Positions 37,748-45,669 of a stretch of 64,000 nt of DNA are shown here, one piece after another. Position 1 is the first letter of the stretch. Each line of letters begins with the position of its first letter. The notes under the pieces are model-generated. The model saw nothing but the letters and a program-made list of their open reading frames with translations, was not told the DNA's origin and did not search any database. The position numbers and the translations under genes are program-made. The stretch comes from Gemmatimonadota bacterium (GTDB lineage: Bacteria > Latescibacterota > UBA2968 > UBA8231): the NCBI GenBank assembly GCA_018672475.1, contig JABHFS010000116.1, forward strand, positions 621 through 64,620. Reading direction: 5' to 3'.

Positions 37748-39601
37748 GTGAAAAAGGTTCAGATATGGGTAGTGGGGTTGGCTGTGATCTTGTTTGGTGA
37801 GAGCGGGGCACGCGAGATCTATCAGTTGGGGGGAACTGGGGGCGTCGCGTGGAACGAGGTCGGTACAGCAACTTTTCTCGACGTCGATAAGTTGCCCGGC
37901 GGGATCCAGCCGCTCGAGACTGAGATCGGCGACAACCTGATCACCACGATGCAAAGTCGCGGCGGAGATCTGACTAGCCTGGTGAGTATTTACACCCTAC
38001 CGGGAGACTGGCAAGAGCAGCGCGTTTTGTTAGTAGATGGGGATTCGACAACGGCCTTCGTGCATCCGCCGCGCATCAATTTTTTTGCCACTTATTCCGG
38101 TATTCCCTTTTACACTGTGCCGATGTTCTTCGACTTGGGTGCGCCATTCCAGGTCGAACGGATCCGCTTTGGCGTAAGGAGCGATCAGCCAGGGCGCAAG
38201 ATTCGCCAGTTTCGCTTCTATGTCAACGACGGGCGCGAAGAAAGTAAGAACGACAAGGGCGATTTGATCTGGACTTTGTTGCGCGACGAAAAGGACAATT
38301 TGAAAACCTTGGTCGAATTTGAGATCGAACCGCAAGTGGTGCGTCATCTCTACCTGCACCCGCACGAATCGGGAGAGATTTGGGAGGTTGCCGAGTTTGA
38401 AGCATACGGACGCGGTTTTGTGCCGAGCGCATCCTTTGTCTCCGACCCGATCGACCTGGGGCAAGTTTCGAGTTTGGGGCGCATTTGGTGGAATGGCAAC
38501 CTCGATCCGCAGGCCAAAATTCTGATTCAGACCCGCAGCGGCGACGACGAGCAACCCGAGATTTACTGGCGCAAGACCGGCGTCGGCGAAGAAGAAGTGC
38601 CCCTGGGCCAGAACGGCCAACCGATGACCCGCCAAGAGTATTTGGCGATGCCGCAAAATGTGCAGGGCAAGGTCACCCAGGATCTGAAAAACTGGAGCGT
38701 CTGGCAGACATATGAATACGCGGACGGGCTCGCGGGTACTCGAATACTCTCGCCCGGTCCTCGGCAATTCATGCAATTGCGCGTTGACTTTTTTTCTACC
38801 GGTCAACAGGGCGGGCAGGTCGATTCCCTCTATTTTGAGTATTCCCAGCCGCCCGTGGTCAGGGAGGTAGTAGGCGAGATTCACCCGGCCTCGGTGAATT
38901 CGTTCGAGCCGGTTCGTTTTACCTATGCGATAAGGACGCGTTTGGATGCGGACCAGTCGGGTTTTAACGCGCTGGAGATTCGCACGCCCGCTCAGTTAGA
39001 AATAGTGCATAGCGTGCGCATCGACCGTGAAGTCGTGGCATTCGAACAGGAATCAGCTATAGATGATCCGCACAGCTTTAAGATCAGCTTCCCGCGAATC
39101 GCAACTGACCAGACTCTGTTGGAGGTGGAATTTGATGCGCGTGTATTCGTCTACGGCACGACATTTAGTGGGTCGGTGACAGACACGGCCGTCGACGAAG
39201 TCGCGCAAGAGGTGACTCCGGGAGATGCAGTGGCCGAGTTGCTCAACGACGGGTTGGGCGTACGGACCTCACTGCAAGGAGATTTACTTGGTGTGGTGGA
39301 GGCTGTGCCAAATCCGTTTTCGCCGAATGGCGACGGCATTAATGATCAGGTGGAGATCTCCTATACTCTCCAGCGCTTGACCGACGCGGTGCCCCTGTTA
39401 GCGGAAATCTACGATCTGGCCGGTCAGCGCGTGCGGCAATTGCGTGGTGCGCCGGGAGCGAGCGCGTTTTACCGGCTTGTTTGGGACGGACGGAACGAGC
39501 AGGGAGAGTTGGCCTTACCGGGGCTTTATATCGTACGTATCGTGGTCGAAGCTGATAGCGGTGACGAAGAAAAACTAAAACAGATTGGGTTGGTATACTA
39601 A
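37748..39601 (+). CDS. Secreted multidomain protein, paralog P2 (discoidin-like + FlgD-Ig/T9SS-like CTD)
   Basis: 617 aa. Signal peptide 'MKKVQIWVVGLAVILFGESGA'. 'VRHLYLHPHESGEIWEVAEFEAYGRGFVPSASFVSDPIDLGQ' is collinear with the P1 discoidin end. 'NWSVWQ' and 'PRQFMQLRVDFFS' follow. C-terminal domain 'PNPFSPNGDGINDQVEISYTL...AEIYDLAGQRVRQL...PGLYIVRI...GLVY'. Confidence 0.7.
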   Translation: MKKVQIWVVGLAVILFGESGAREIYQLGGTGGVAWNEVGTATFLDVDKLPGGIQPLETEIGDNLITTMQSRGGDLTSLVSIYTLPGDWQEQRVLLVDGDSTTAFVHPPRINFFATYSGIPFYTVPMFFDLGAPFQVERIRFGVRSDQPGRKIRQFRFYVNDGREESKNDKGDLIWTLLRDEKDNLKTLVEFEIEPQVVRHLYLHPHESGEIWEVAEFEAYGRGFVPSASFVSDPIDLGQVSSLGRIWWNGNLDPQAKILIQTRSGDDEQPEIYWRKTGVGEEEVPLGQNGQPMTRQEYLAMPQNVQGKVTQDLKNWSVWQTYEYADGLAGTRILSPGPRQFMQLRVDFFSTGQQGGQVDSLYFEYSQPPVVREVVGEIHPASVNSFEPVRFTYAIRTRLDADQSGFNALEIRTPAQLEIVHSVRIDREVVAFEQESAIDDPHSFKISFPRIATDQTLLEVEFDARVFVYGTTFSGSVTDTAVDEVAQEVTPGDAVAELLNDGLGVRTSLQGDLLGVVEAVPNPFSPNGDGINDQVEISYTLQRLTDAVPLLAEIYDLAGQRVRQLRGAPGASAFYRLVWDGRNEQGELALPGLYIVRIVVEADSGDEEKLKQIGLVY

Positions 39602-39602
39602 T

Positions 39603-41330
39603 ATGATATGGAGCGGTGGTTGGCGGGCGGTGCTTTGTTGGGCATTGGCGTGTGGCTGTGTCGCACAAGTGGAGCAAATCGCACCAGGAGGTAACCCTGG
39701 GGTGGTGGCCAGGGTAGATTCGACGGAGATATTTGCTGCCGAGTTGCATGCCTTTGTTGAGCAGATGCCCGCGGGCCTGCGTGCGCGAACCTCGAACGAG
39801 GGGGCGCGCATGTCCTATTTGCGCAGTCTGCTGGCCAAGCACTTGCTCGAACTGGAGGCGCGCGCGCAGGGCCTGGACATATCGTTCGAAGTCCAGGCGG
39901 ACCTTATGGCACGCTGGCGCGAGCATATCCTCAAAGTTTATCGAAACGAGGTGCTAGCCTCTCAGGTGCAGATTTCCGAAGCGGACATTCGCGCTTATTT
40001 CACACAGAAGGGGTTGGACCGTCGGCGGCAGGTCGCGGGTATTTTGCTCGACGAAGAGGCTTTAGCGCATGAGATCCACGCCAGGCTGGCAGCCGGAGAA
40101 GACTTCGCCGAGTTGGCTGAGCAATACACAATCGACGAACGCTCGGCGACCCAGGGCGGTCTGCTCGGGTTTGTCGATTTAGAACGGGCGCAGCGGTTGC
40201 GGATTCCCGCGGCGGTTTTTCGCGAGTTGCAGGCTGGACAGTTTTCACCCGTGTTGCCGATGGGCAAACGCTACCAGATCGTGCGTTTCTTTCAGGATCA
40301 GCCGGTGCCCTTCGCGGAGCGGCGCCAGCAGATTTATGATTTGCTCTATGAGCGCGAGCTGGTAGTGGCAGAGCAGCGTGAAATTCGCCATTTGGAGCGA
40401 AAATTAAAACTACAGCTGGTCTCGGAAGGGGTAAAGCTGCTACAGGACAAAGCGGAGCTTTATACCCGTGTACGGCGATCTCATCTTTCCGCCGCGGAGA
40501 GTGCACAACCGTTATTTACCTATAGGGGCGGGTCCGTCACGCTGGGCGACTATGTCGATATCCTCGGCCGGGATTTGCGCAGCCTGTCGGGTTGGGGGGT
40601 GCAGGACGGAGAAGAGGTGGTGGCGGCGGCCGGCGAGTTGGTCTTGGGGCAATGGTTGATTTTTGAGGCGGCGCGGCGGGCGGCGATAACTGATGGCCGG
40701 AATCAACAGCGCTGGCTGGAGGCGAATCGCAAGGAACTAATGATTAAAAAGCTAAGAAAGCTGGAAATTATCGACAAAGTTCAGCCGGACCGCGAAGACG
40801 CCAGGGATTTTTACGAGGACAACGAGAAATTGTTCCAAACCAACGGTGAATATATCCTCGTCGAGGTGTTGTTGGAGACGGAGGTAGAAGCTGTAGAGCT
40901 GCGGCGGCAAATCGCTCGGGGAGAGCAGACCCTAGCCTCCCTCGCGCAGCAGTATCCTCTGCGGGCCGAAATGCGTGATGAGGTGGGCATGATGCACATG
41001 GGGGATTACGAGCGGCTGACCCTGCCCCGACTCTATAAGGCGGTACAGGAGGCTGAGCTGAACGCGATCGTCGGTCCGGTGGAGGTCGAGGACGGGTTCA
41101 GTCTCTTCAAAGTCCTCGATCGCGAAGAACGTAAAGTGCAACCGTTCTCTGAAGTGGAATCGAAGGCGCGCGCCCTGTTGCGCGGCCAGCAGCGGGAGCA
41201 GCGCTTTGAGGAATGGATCGACTCGCTAATGGACAAGTACGACGATCGCATCGCCATTTCCGAGCGGGCTTTGGCGGCTGCCCTTCCAGATACTTTCCTG
41301 CAACGGCTAACACGAGACGGCCAAGAGTGA
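39603..41330 (+). CDS. SurA/PrsA-like peptidyl-prolyl cis-trans isomerase (PpiC-type) periplasmic chaperone
   Basis: ATG 2 nt after the P2 stop. Lipoprotein-like N-terminus 'MIWSGGWRAVLCWALACGC'. SurA_N-like 'VARVDSTEIFAAELHAFVEQ'. Parvulin domain 'QVAGILLDEEALAHEIHARLAAGEDFAELAEQYTIDERSATQGGLLGFVD'. A second degenerate parvulin-like region lies near the C-terminus. Confidence 0.7.
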   Translation: MIWSGGWRAVLCWALACGCVAQVEQIAPGGNPGVVARVDSTEIFAAELHAFVEQMPAGLRARTSNEGARMSYLRSLLAKHLLELEARAQGLDISFEVQADLMARWREHILKVYRNEVLASQVQISEADIRAYFTQKGLDRRRQVAGILLDEEALAHEIHARLAAGEDFAELAEQYTIDERSATQGGLLGFVDLERAQRLRIPAAVFRELQAGQFSPVLPMGKRYQIVRFFQDQPVPFAERRQQIYDLLYERELVVAEQREIRHLERKLKLQLVSEGVKLLQDKAELYTRVRRSHLSAAESAQPLFTYRGGSVTLGDYVDILGRDLRSLSGWGVQDGEEVVAAAGELVLGQWLIFEAARRAAITDGRNQQRWLEANRKELMIKKLRKLEIIDKVQPDREDARDFYEDNEKLFQTNGEYILVEVLLETEVEAVELRRQIARGEQTLASLAQQYPLRAEMRDEVGMMHMGDYERLTLPRLYKAVQEAELNAIVGPVEVEDGFSLFKVLDREERKVQPFSEVESKARALLRGQQREQRFEEWIDSLMDKYDDRIAISERALAAALPDTFLQRLTRDGQE

Positions 41331-41359
41331 ACTCGCACAATTCTACCGGGGTAAGCGCG

Positions 41360-43999
41360 ATGGAACGCATGCTGAAGTACGGATCTTTGTATTTGGCCTT
41401 GTTATTGGCCGCGGGGGGCACGGTTTGCGCACAAGGGCATCGCCTGCGGGCGAACCGAGTCGAAGTGCAATCCGGCAGCCATTGGCGGGCTTGGCAGTTC
41501 CCGGCGGATATGGTGGAGATCTCACCGGCGGGTACGGTGAAGTCGAGATTTATCCAGGCGCCGCATAACGCGGTATCGGACGTCGCGGATTTCACCTATG
41601 AAATCAATGCCTCTCACAAGGATCATTACGACAATTACTTTGACGCCGAGGGGGTGGCCCTCGCGCGCGGCGGGATCAAGAAGGCCCTATCGAACGTGGG
41701 GTTGGCGGGTCGGGTATTGGACGGCGACGAGGGCAGTTTCTGGGAGCCGGATCCAGCCGACCCGTTGGCGGATTGGGTGCTCGAAATAGATTTGGGACGG
41801 CTGGTTTCGGCAACTACGCTGGTCTTGCGTTTTGCCGAAAAAGCAGATCCCTTCCTGCAGTTCAGGGTCCATTCGGCGGGCGGGCAGAATCCGTTCGGCA
41901 CATCGGACAGGAGCGGGGCGCTGGATTATGTGCTGGTCGGCGGCACGACTCAGCCCAATCGCGACCAACGTCTCTTCGAATTCGATCTCGAGCCGGTGGG
42001 GGAGCATTCCGAAGGGTGGACGGGACGCATGGTCCAGTATTTACGCGTCGCGGTTACGGCTTCGAACGGCGACCGGGCGGAATCGATAAGCGAAACAGAC
42101 TATCGCGCATTGGCCGCAGCCGATCGCGGCGCGGTCGAATATGTCTGGGAAATCGCCGGCGAGCAGCGCATAGTGTCGGAGACCCGGTATCAGGAGCTGC
42201 CGTCTGAGCAGCAAGGCGGGGTGCGCTACTTTCGCCGTGAGCGGCCCCGGCTCGCCGAGGTGGAAGTGTGGACCGTCGGGCAAAATATCGCGCAGGGGCT
42301 GATCGGGCGCGGCGGCAGCGTGCATGATGTCAATCCCAATTCCTCTCCGGAGCTGGCCTTTGACGGCAATATGCGCACGGAGTGGGCCGGTTTGGTCTAC
42401 GATGTCACCGGCGAAACGGCCGAATGGGGGTTGCTCAATATCGACCTAGGAGCGCATTTTCGCGTCGAGGCCGTGCGCTTAATCACTCGCGTTCTGCGCC
42501 GCAACGGCAATGTGCTCTATGGTTATCTGCTGCGTGGTTCGGATGGTTCACGGGCGCCTGATGGCAGCTTTATCTGGGATCAACTCAGTGGCAAAGACCG
42601 TCAGATAAATCAGAGTACTAGGCTTTTCGAGGATCGTTTCACCCCGGAGAATATGCGTTTTTTGGAGTTTCGCAACATGGATGTCGCCCGGCGGACCAAG
42701 GCGTATCTGGGGCATCGGGTGCCGAGCGTGGTCACCGAGATCCAGGTTTACGCCACCGGCTATTTGCCGATCCTCGAAATAAGTTCCGACCTGATCGATC
42801 TGGGCAGCGCTAAAAATTTGACGACGATCGATTGGCAGGCTGATACGCCTGCGGGTACGGCCGTGGAAGTCCGCACCCGGACGGGCAACGACTTGCGCGA
42901 GGTCTTTCGCTATTTCAAGCAGGACGGTACGGAGGTCGCCACGGAGGAAGAATACAACGAACTGCCGAGTTTTTTTAAAGGCGAGATGCTCACCGAGGTC
43001 CTGCCGGGCCCAGGGTGGAGCAATTGGAGCCAGGCTTATGTTTCGCCGGGAGAGGCTATACGTTCCCCGAGTCCGCGGCGTTATATGATGATCCAGACGC
43101 GTCTGCTGACCGATGATACGCAGGTGGCCCCCAGTATAGAAGGCATCCAGGTGAATTTTACGGCCCCCTTCGCAGAAAGCATTATCGGGGAGATCGCGCC
43201 GAATCGACAGGTTCCGGTCGGAGAACCGGTGGATTTCGATCTATTTGTGCGTCCGTCTTTCGCTGCGCAGGATCCGGGTTTTGACAGGCTTCGTCTCGTC
43301 GCCCCCTCCCGGGCGGAGTTGACCTTGAGGCAGGTGCGCCTGGGGTCGGAAGCGGAGTTGCTGACGGGGGGTGGGGAAGAATTTGTTCGGCAGGCGGATG
43401 GGGAGGTTGCCAACTCGTCGGGTTTGCTCTTGCAGGTCGTCGGAGAGCACACCGATTCGCTGAGCATCGAGTTGCCCGAAATTCTGCGTAGGGGGGGAGC
43501 CGATCTGATGGAGGTTGCCTTTACCTCGCGGATTTTTCAGAGCGGATCTACCTTTCAAGTCGAAGTGGGTAATTCAGATCAGGCAGGTAACTGGCAGGAG
43601 GTCGATCCAGGCCAGGGTGTAGGGGATGAATTGGGTGCGGGTGAGGGACTGACCGTATTGACGCCGCTCGGGGGGCGCACGGTCAAGGTAATAAGTGCGC
43701 CCGGGGTATTTACCCCGAACGGGGACGGGGCAAACGATCAGGCCATCTTTGAGTTCGCAGTGCTCAAAATTAATACCGAGCGTCCGGTCGAGGTTGAACT
43801 CTTTGATTTGGGCGGGCGCGGAGTGCGGCGCTTAGGGGAAGAGCGCGGTCAGGCCAATGGCCTTTACCGCATAGTTTGGGATGGCCGGGACGAAGCCGGC
43901 GCTCTAGTGCCGCCGGGGTTGTATCTCGCACGCATCGCTGTTGCTAGCGACAAAGGGGCGGACGACGCGATCCAACAGGTTGTGGGCGTTGCCTATTGA
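41360..43999 (+). CDS. Secreted multidomain protein, paralog P3, with an extra N-terminal discoidin domain (two F5/8-type-C-like modules + FlgD-Ig/T9SS-like CTD)
   Basis: Start at M50 of ORF 41213..43999, with signal peptide 'MERMLKYGSLYLALLLAAGGTVCAQ'. 'VLDGDEGSFWEP' and 'AFDGNMRTEWAG' are classic discoidin 'fDGd..t.W' blocks. 'MRFLEFRNMDVARRTK...VTEIQVYATGY' and 'RRYMMIQTRLL' follow. C-terminal domain 'VFTPNGDGANDQAIFEFAV...VELFDLGGRGVRRL...PGLYLARI...VGVAY'. Confidence 0.7.
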   Translation: MERMLKYGSLYLALLLAAGGTVCAQGHRLRANRVEVQSGSHWRAWQFPADMVEISPAGTVKSRFIQAPHNAVSDVADFTYEINASHKDHYDNYFDAEGVALARGGIKKALSNVGLAGRVLDGDEGSFWEPDPADPLADWVLEIDLGRLVSATTLVLRFAEKADPFLQFRVHSAGGQNPFGTSDRSGALDYVLVGGTTQPNRDQRLFEFDLEPVGEHSEGWTGRMVQYLRVAVTASNGDRAESISETDYRALAAADRGAVEYVWEIAGEQRIVSETRYQELPSEQQGGVRYFRRERPRLAEVEVWTVGQNIAQGLIGRGGSVHDVNPNSSPELAFDGNMRTEWAGLVYDVTGETAEWGLLNIDLGAHFRVEAVRLITRVLRRNGNVLYGYLLRGSDGSRAPDGSFIWDQLSGKDRQINQSTRLFEDRFTPENMRFLEFRNMDVARRTKAYLGHRVPSVVTEIQVYATGYLPILEISSDLIDLGSAKNLTTIDWQADTPAGTAVEVRTRTGNDLREVFRYFKQDGTEVATEEEYNELPSFFKGEMLTEVLPGPGWSNWSQAYVSPGEAIRSPSPRRYMMIQTRLLTDDTQVAPSIEGIQVNFTAPFAESIIGEIAPNRQVPVGEPVDFDLFVRPSFAAQDPGFDRLRLVAPSRAELTLRQVRLGSEAELLTGGGEEFVRQADGEVANSSGLLLQVVGEHTDSLSIELPEILRRGGADLMEVAFTSRIFQSGSTFQVEVGNSDQAGNWQEVDPGQGVGDELGAGEGLTVLTPLGGRTVKVISAPGVFTPNGDGANDQAIFEFAVLKINTERPVEVELFDLGGRGVRRLGEERGQANGLYRIVWDGRDEAGALVPPGLYLARIAVASDKGADDAIQQVVGVAY

Positions 44000-44025
44000 C
44001 GGCGGACGGATGAAGTACGATATAG

Positions 44026-44054
44026 AGCGGCCGCTTTTGCGGTCGCTTTTTTTG
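44026..44054 (+). terminator. Rho-independent terminator downstream of P3
   Basis: 'agcggccgcttttgcggtcgcttttttt': a GC-rich imperfect hairpin followed by a 7-T run, in the convergent gap between P3 (+) and the phosphoesterase (-). Confidence 0.5.
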
Positions 44055-44070
44055 TGCTAGGCGGGCAGGT

Positions 44071-45651
44071 TTAAGGTGAAGAACTCAGGGTAATGATATC
44101 GTTGTAGAGCCGGCGTTCGTTGCCGAGAAACGTTCCATCCGCTGAAAAGAGCGGGAAGATATAAACGGGTTTGAGTATGGCCAGCCAGCCCGTCTTGCCG
44201 GGCAGGACATCGACCTCAAGGTGGCCATAGTGTTTGCCGCCGTCGACGAGGACGCCGTCGTGCCAGATTTCGCGCGCGTCGATATGGGCGATAAATTTCT
44301 GATATTTGTTTTTTAACCCTGCTTCGGGGGCGCGGAGTCCGTCGCCGCCGGTACCGATATCGTAAAAGTGGATGGTGTGGGGTATTTGTTTTCCGTCGGT
44401 GGTTTTCATGCCCACGATCTCCGAACGCTCCCATATTTCGTCGTGCCCGGCCAGGACCGCGTCGACCCCGTAGCGCATAAAGAGCGGGGTCAGAACGCGC
44501 ACCGGCACGCCCGATTGATTATCGTGCTCGTCGTCCCGCGGGCCGGGGGATTTGCCGTGCGGCCCCACCGAGTAGGGGACGTGGTGGAAGAATACGAAGG
44601 TGAATTTGCTTTTGTGTTGGGCGTCAGCGAGCTGTTTTTCGAGCCATGCATACTGGCGTGAACCCGGGCCGAAGGCGGGTGCCCGGCCGCCTTCGGGGTC
44701 TTTTTCCCCCACTAACATAAAGTTGGTGTCGCGCTTCGATTGGTTTGGACTGTTGTTGGCGACATCGAGGGCGATAAGAGTGATGGGGCCGTAATCGACG
44801 CGATAGTAGCGGCCCTTTTGCCGCGCATCGTCGGCCTGGTTGTCGGGAAATTCGAAATAGGTTCGGAAGCGGGTGATGGCTCTTTCGGAGTCGGGCTGGT
44901 TGTAGCCTTTGCCCGGCCCTGCGTAGTATTCGTGGTTGCCGGGTGTTGCGAGGATGGGTATCTGACCGGCGATGCTTTGCCTGCCGTCGGCATTGGTATT
45001 GTGCAGCCAAAATTCATCCCAGTCGCGTTGCTCTCCTCCCGATTCGACGAGATCGCCGGCGATGGCGATGAAATCGGGTCGGCGGGCAGCGATCACCGCC
45101 AGGTTCTCGCCGTAGCCCATGGTCTGATCAAGGAAATAGGTACTATCGAGTACGCTGCTCGGCCGTAGGTCGCTAACCCACTTAACGTGCTTGCCCGTGG
45201 ATTCCGGCTCGGTCTCGCAGTCGGCATAGGCGATAAAGCGAATGGGCTGCTTGGCTGTCGGGGCGGTGGTGAAGGTCGCTGCGAAATGGCTGGCGCCTTG
45301 CGTGACCTCGTAGGCATAGGCGGTCGCAGGAATCAGGTCGTTGAGACGAACTCTGTGCCGGAATGGTGATGGCGGGGCTTGGCCGCCGAAGTGGGTTTCG
45401 TTTTCTGAGGCCAGATAGGCTAGGGCGTCGGTGCGGATAGGGGTGGAGACTATGGTCGTATCGTTGCTGGTACCTTTTTTTCGATAGGTCAATCGACCGG
45501 GGGTATCGTCGTTGGAAAACCAGAGGATGCTCATACTGGCGGTCGTTGGGTTCTGAATATAGGGGAAGACGCGGAAATCGGCGCTGAAAGCCGGCCAGAC
45601 AAAGACCGCTATCGAGAATATTGCAATCAGGCATTGGGCATTCGGGCGCAT
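44071..45651 (-). CDS. Secreted metallophosphoesterase, purple-acid-phosphatase-like (N-terminal fn3-like domain + calcineurin-like phosphoesterase)
   Basis: 526 aa with a signal peptide. 'FIAYADCE', 'GDLVESGGEQRDWDEFW', 'TPGNHEY' and 'VFFHHVPYSVGPHG' are metallophos motifs. Confidence 0.7.
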   Translation of the reverse strand: MRPNAQCLIAIFSIAVFVWPAFSADFRVFPYIQNPTTASMSILWFSNDDTPGRLTYRKKGTSNDTTIVSTPIRTDALAYLASENETHFGGQAPPSPFRHRVRLNDLIPATAYAYEVTQGASHFAATFTTAPTAKQPIRFIAYADCETEPESTGKHVKWVSDLRPSSVLDSTYFLDQTMGYGENLAVIAARRPDFIAIAGDLVESGGEQRDWDEFWLHNTNADGRQSIAGQIPILATPGNHEYYAGPGKGYNQPDSERAITRFRTYFEFPDNQADDARQKGRYYRVDYGPITLIALDVANNSPNQSKRDTNFMLVGEKDPEGGRAPAFGPGSRQYAWLEKQLADAQHKSKFTFVFFHHVPYSVGPHGKSPGPRDDEHDNQSGVPVRVLTPLFMRYGVDAVLAGHDEIWERSEIVGMKTTDGKQIPHTIHFYDIGTGGDGLRAPEAGLKNKYQKFIAHIDAREIWHDGVLVDGGKHYGHLEVDVLPGKTGWLAILKPVYIFPLFSADGTFLGNERRLYNDIITLSSSP

Positions 45652-45669
45652 AAATTAGATCCTATGGCT

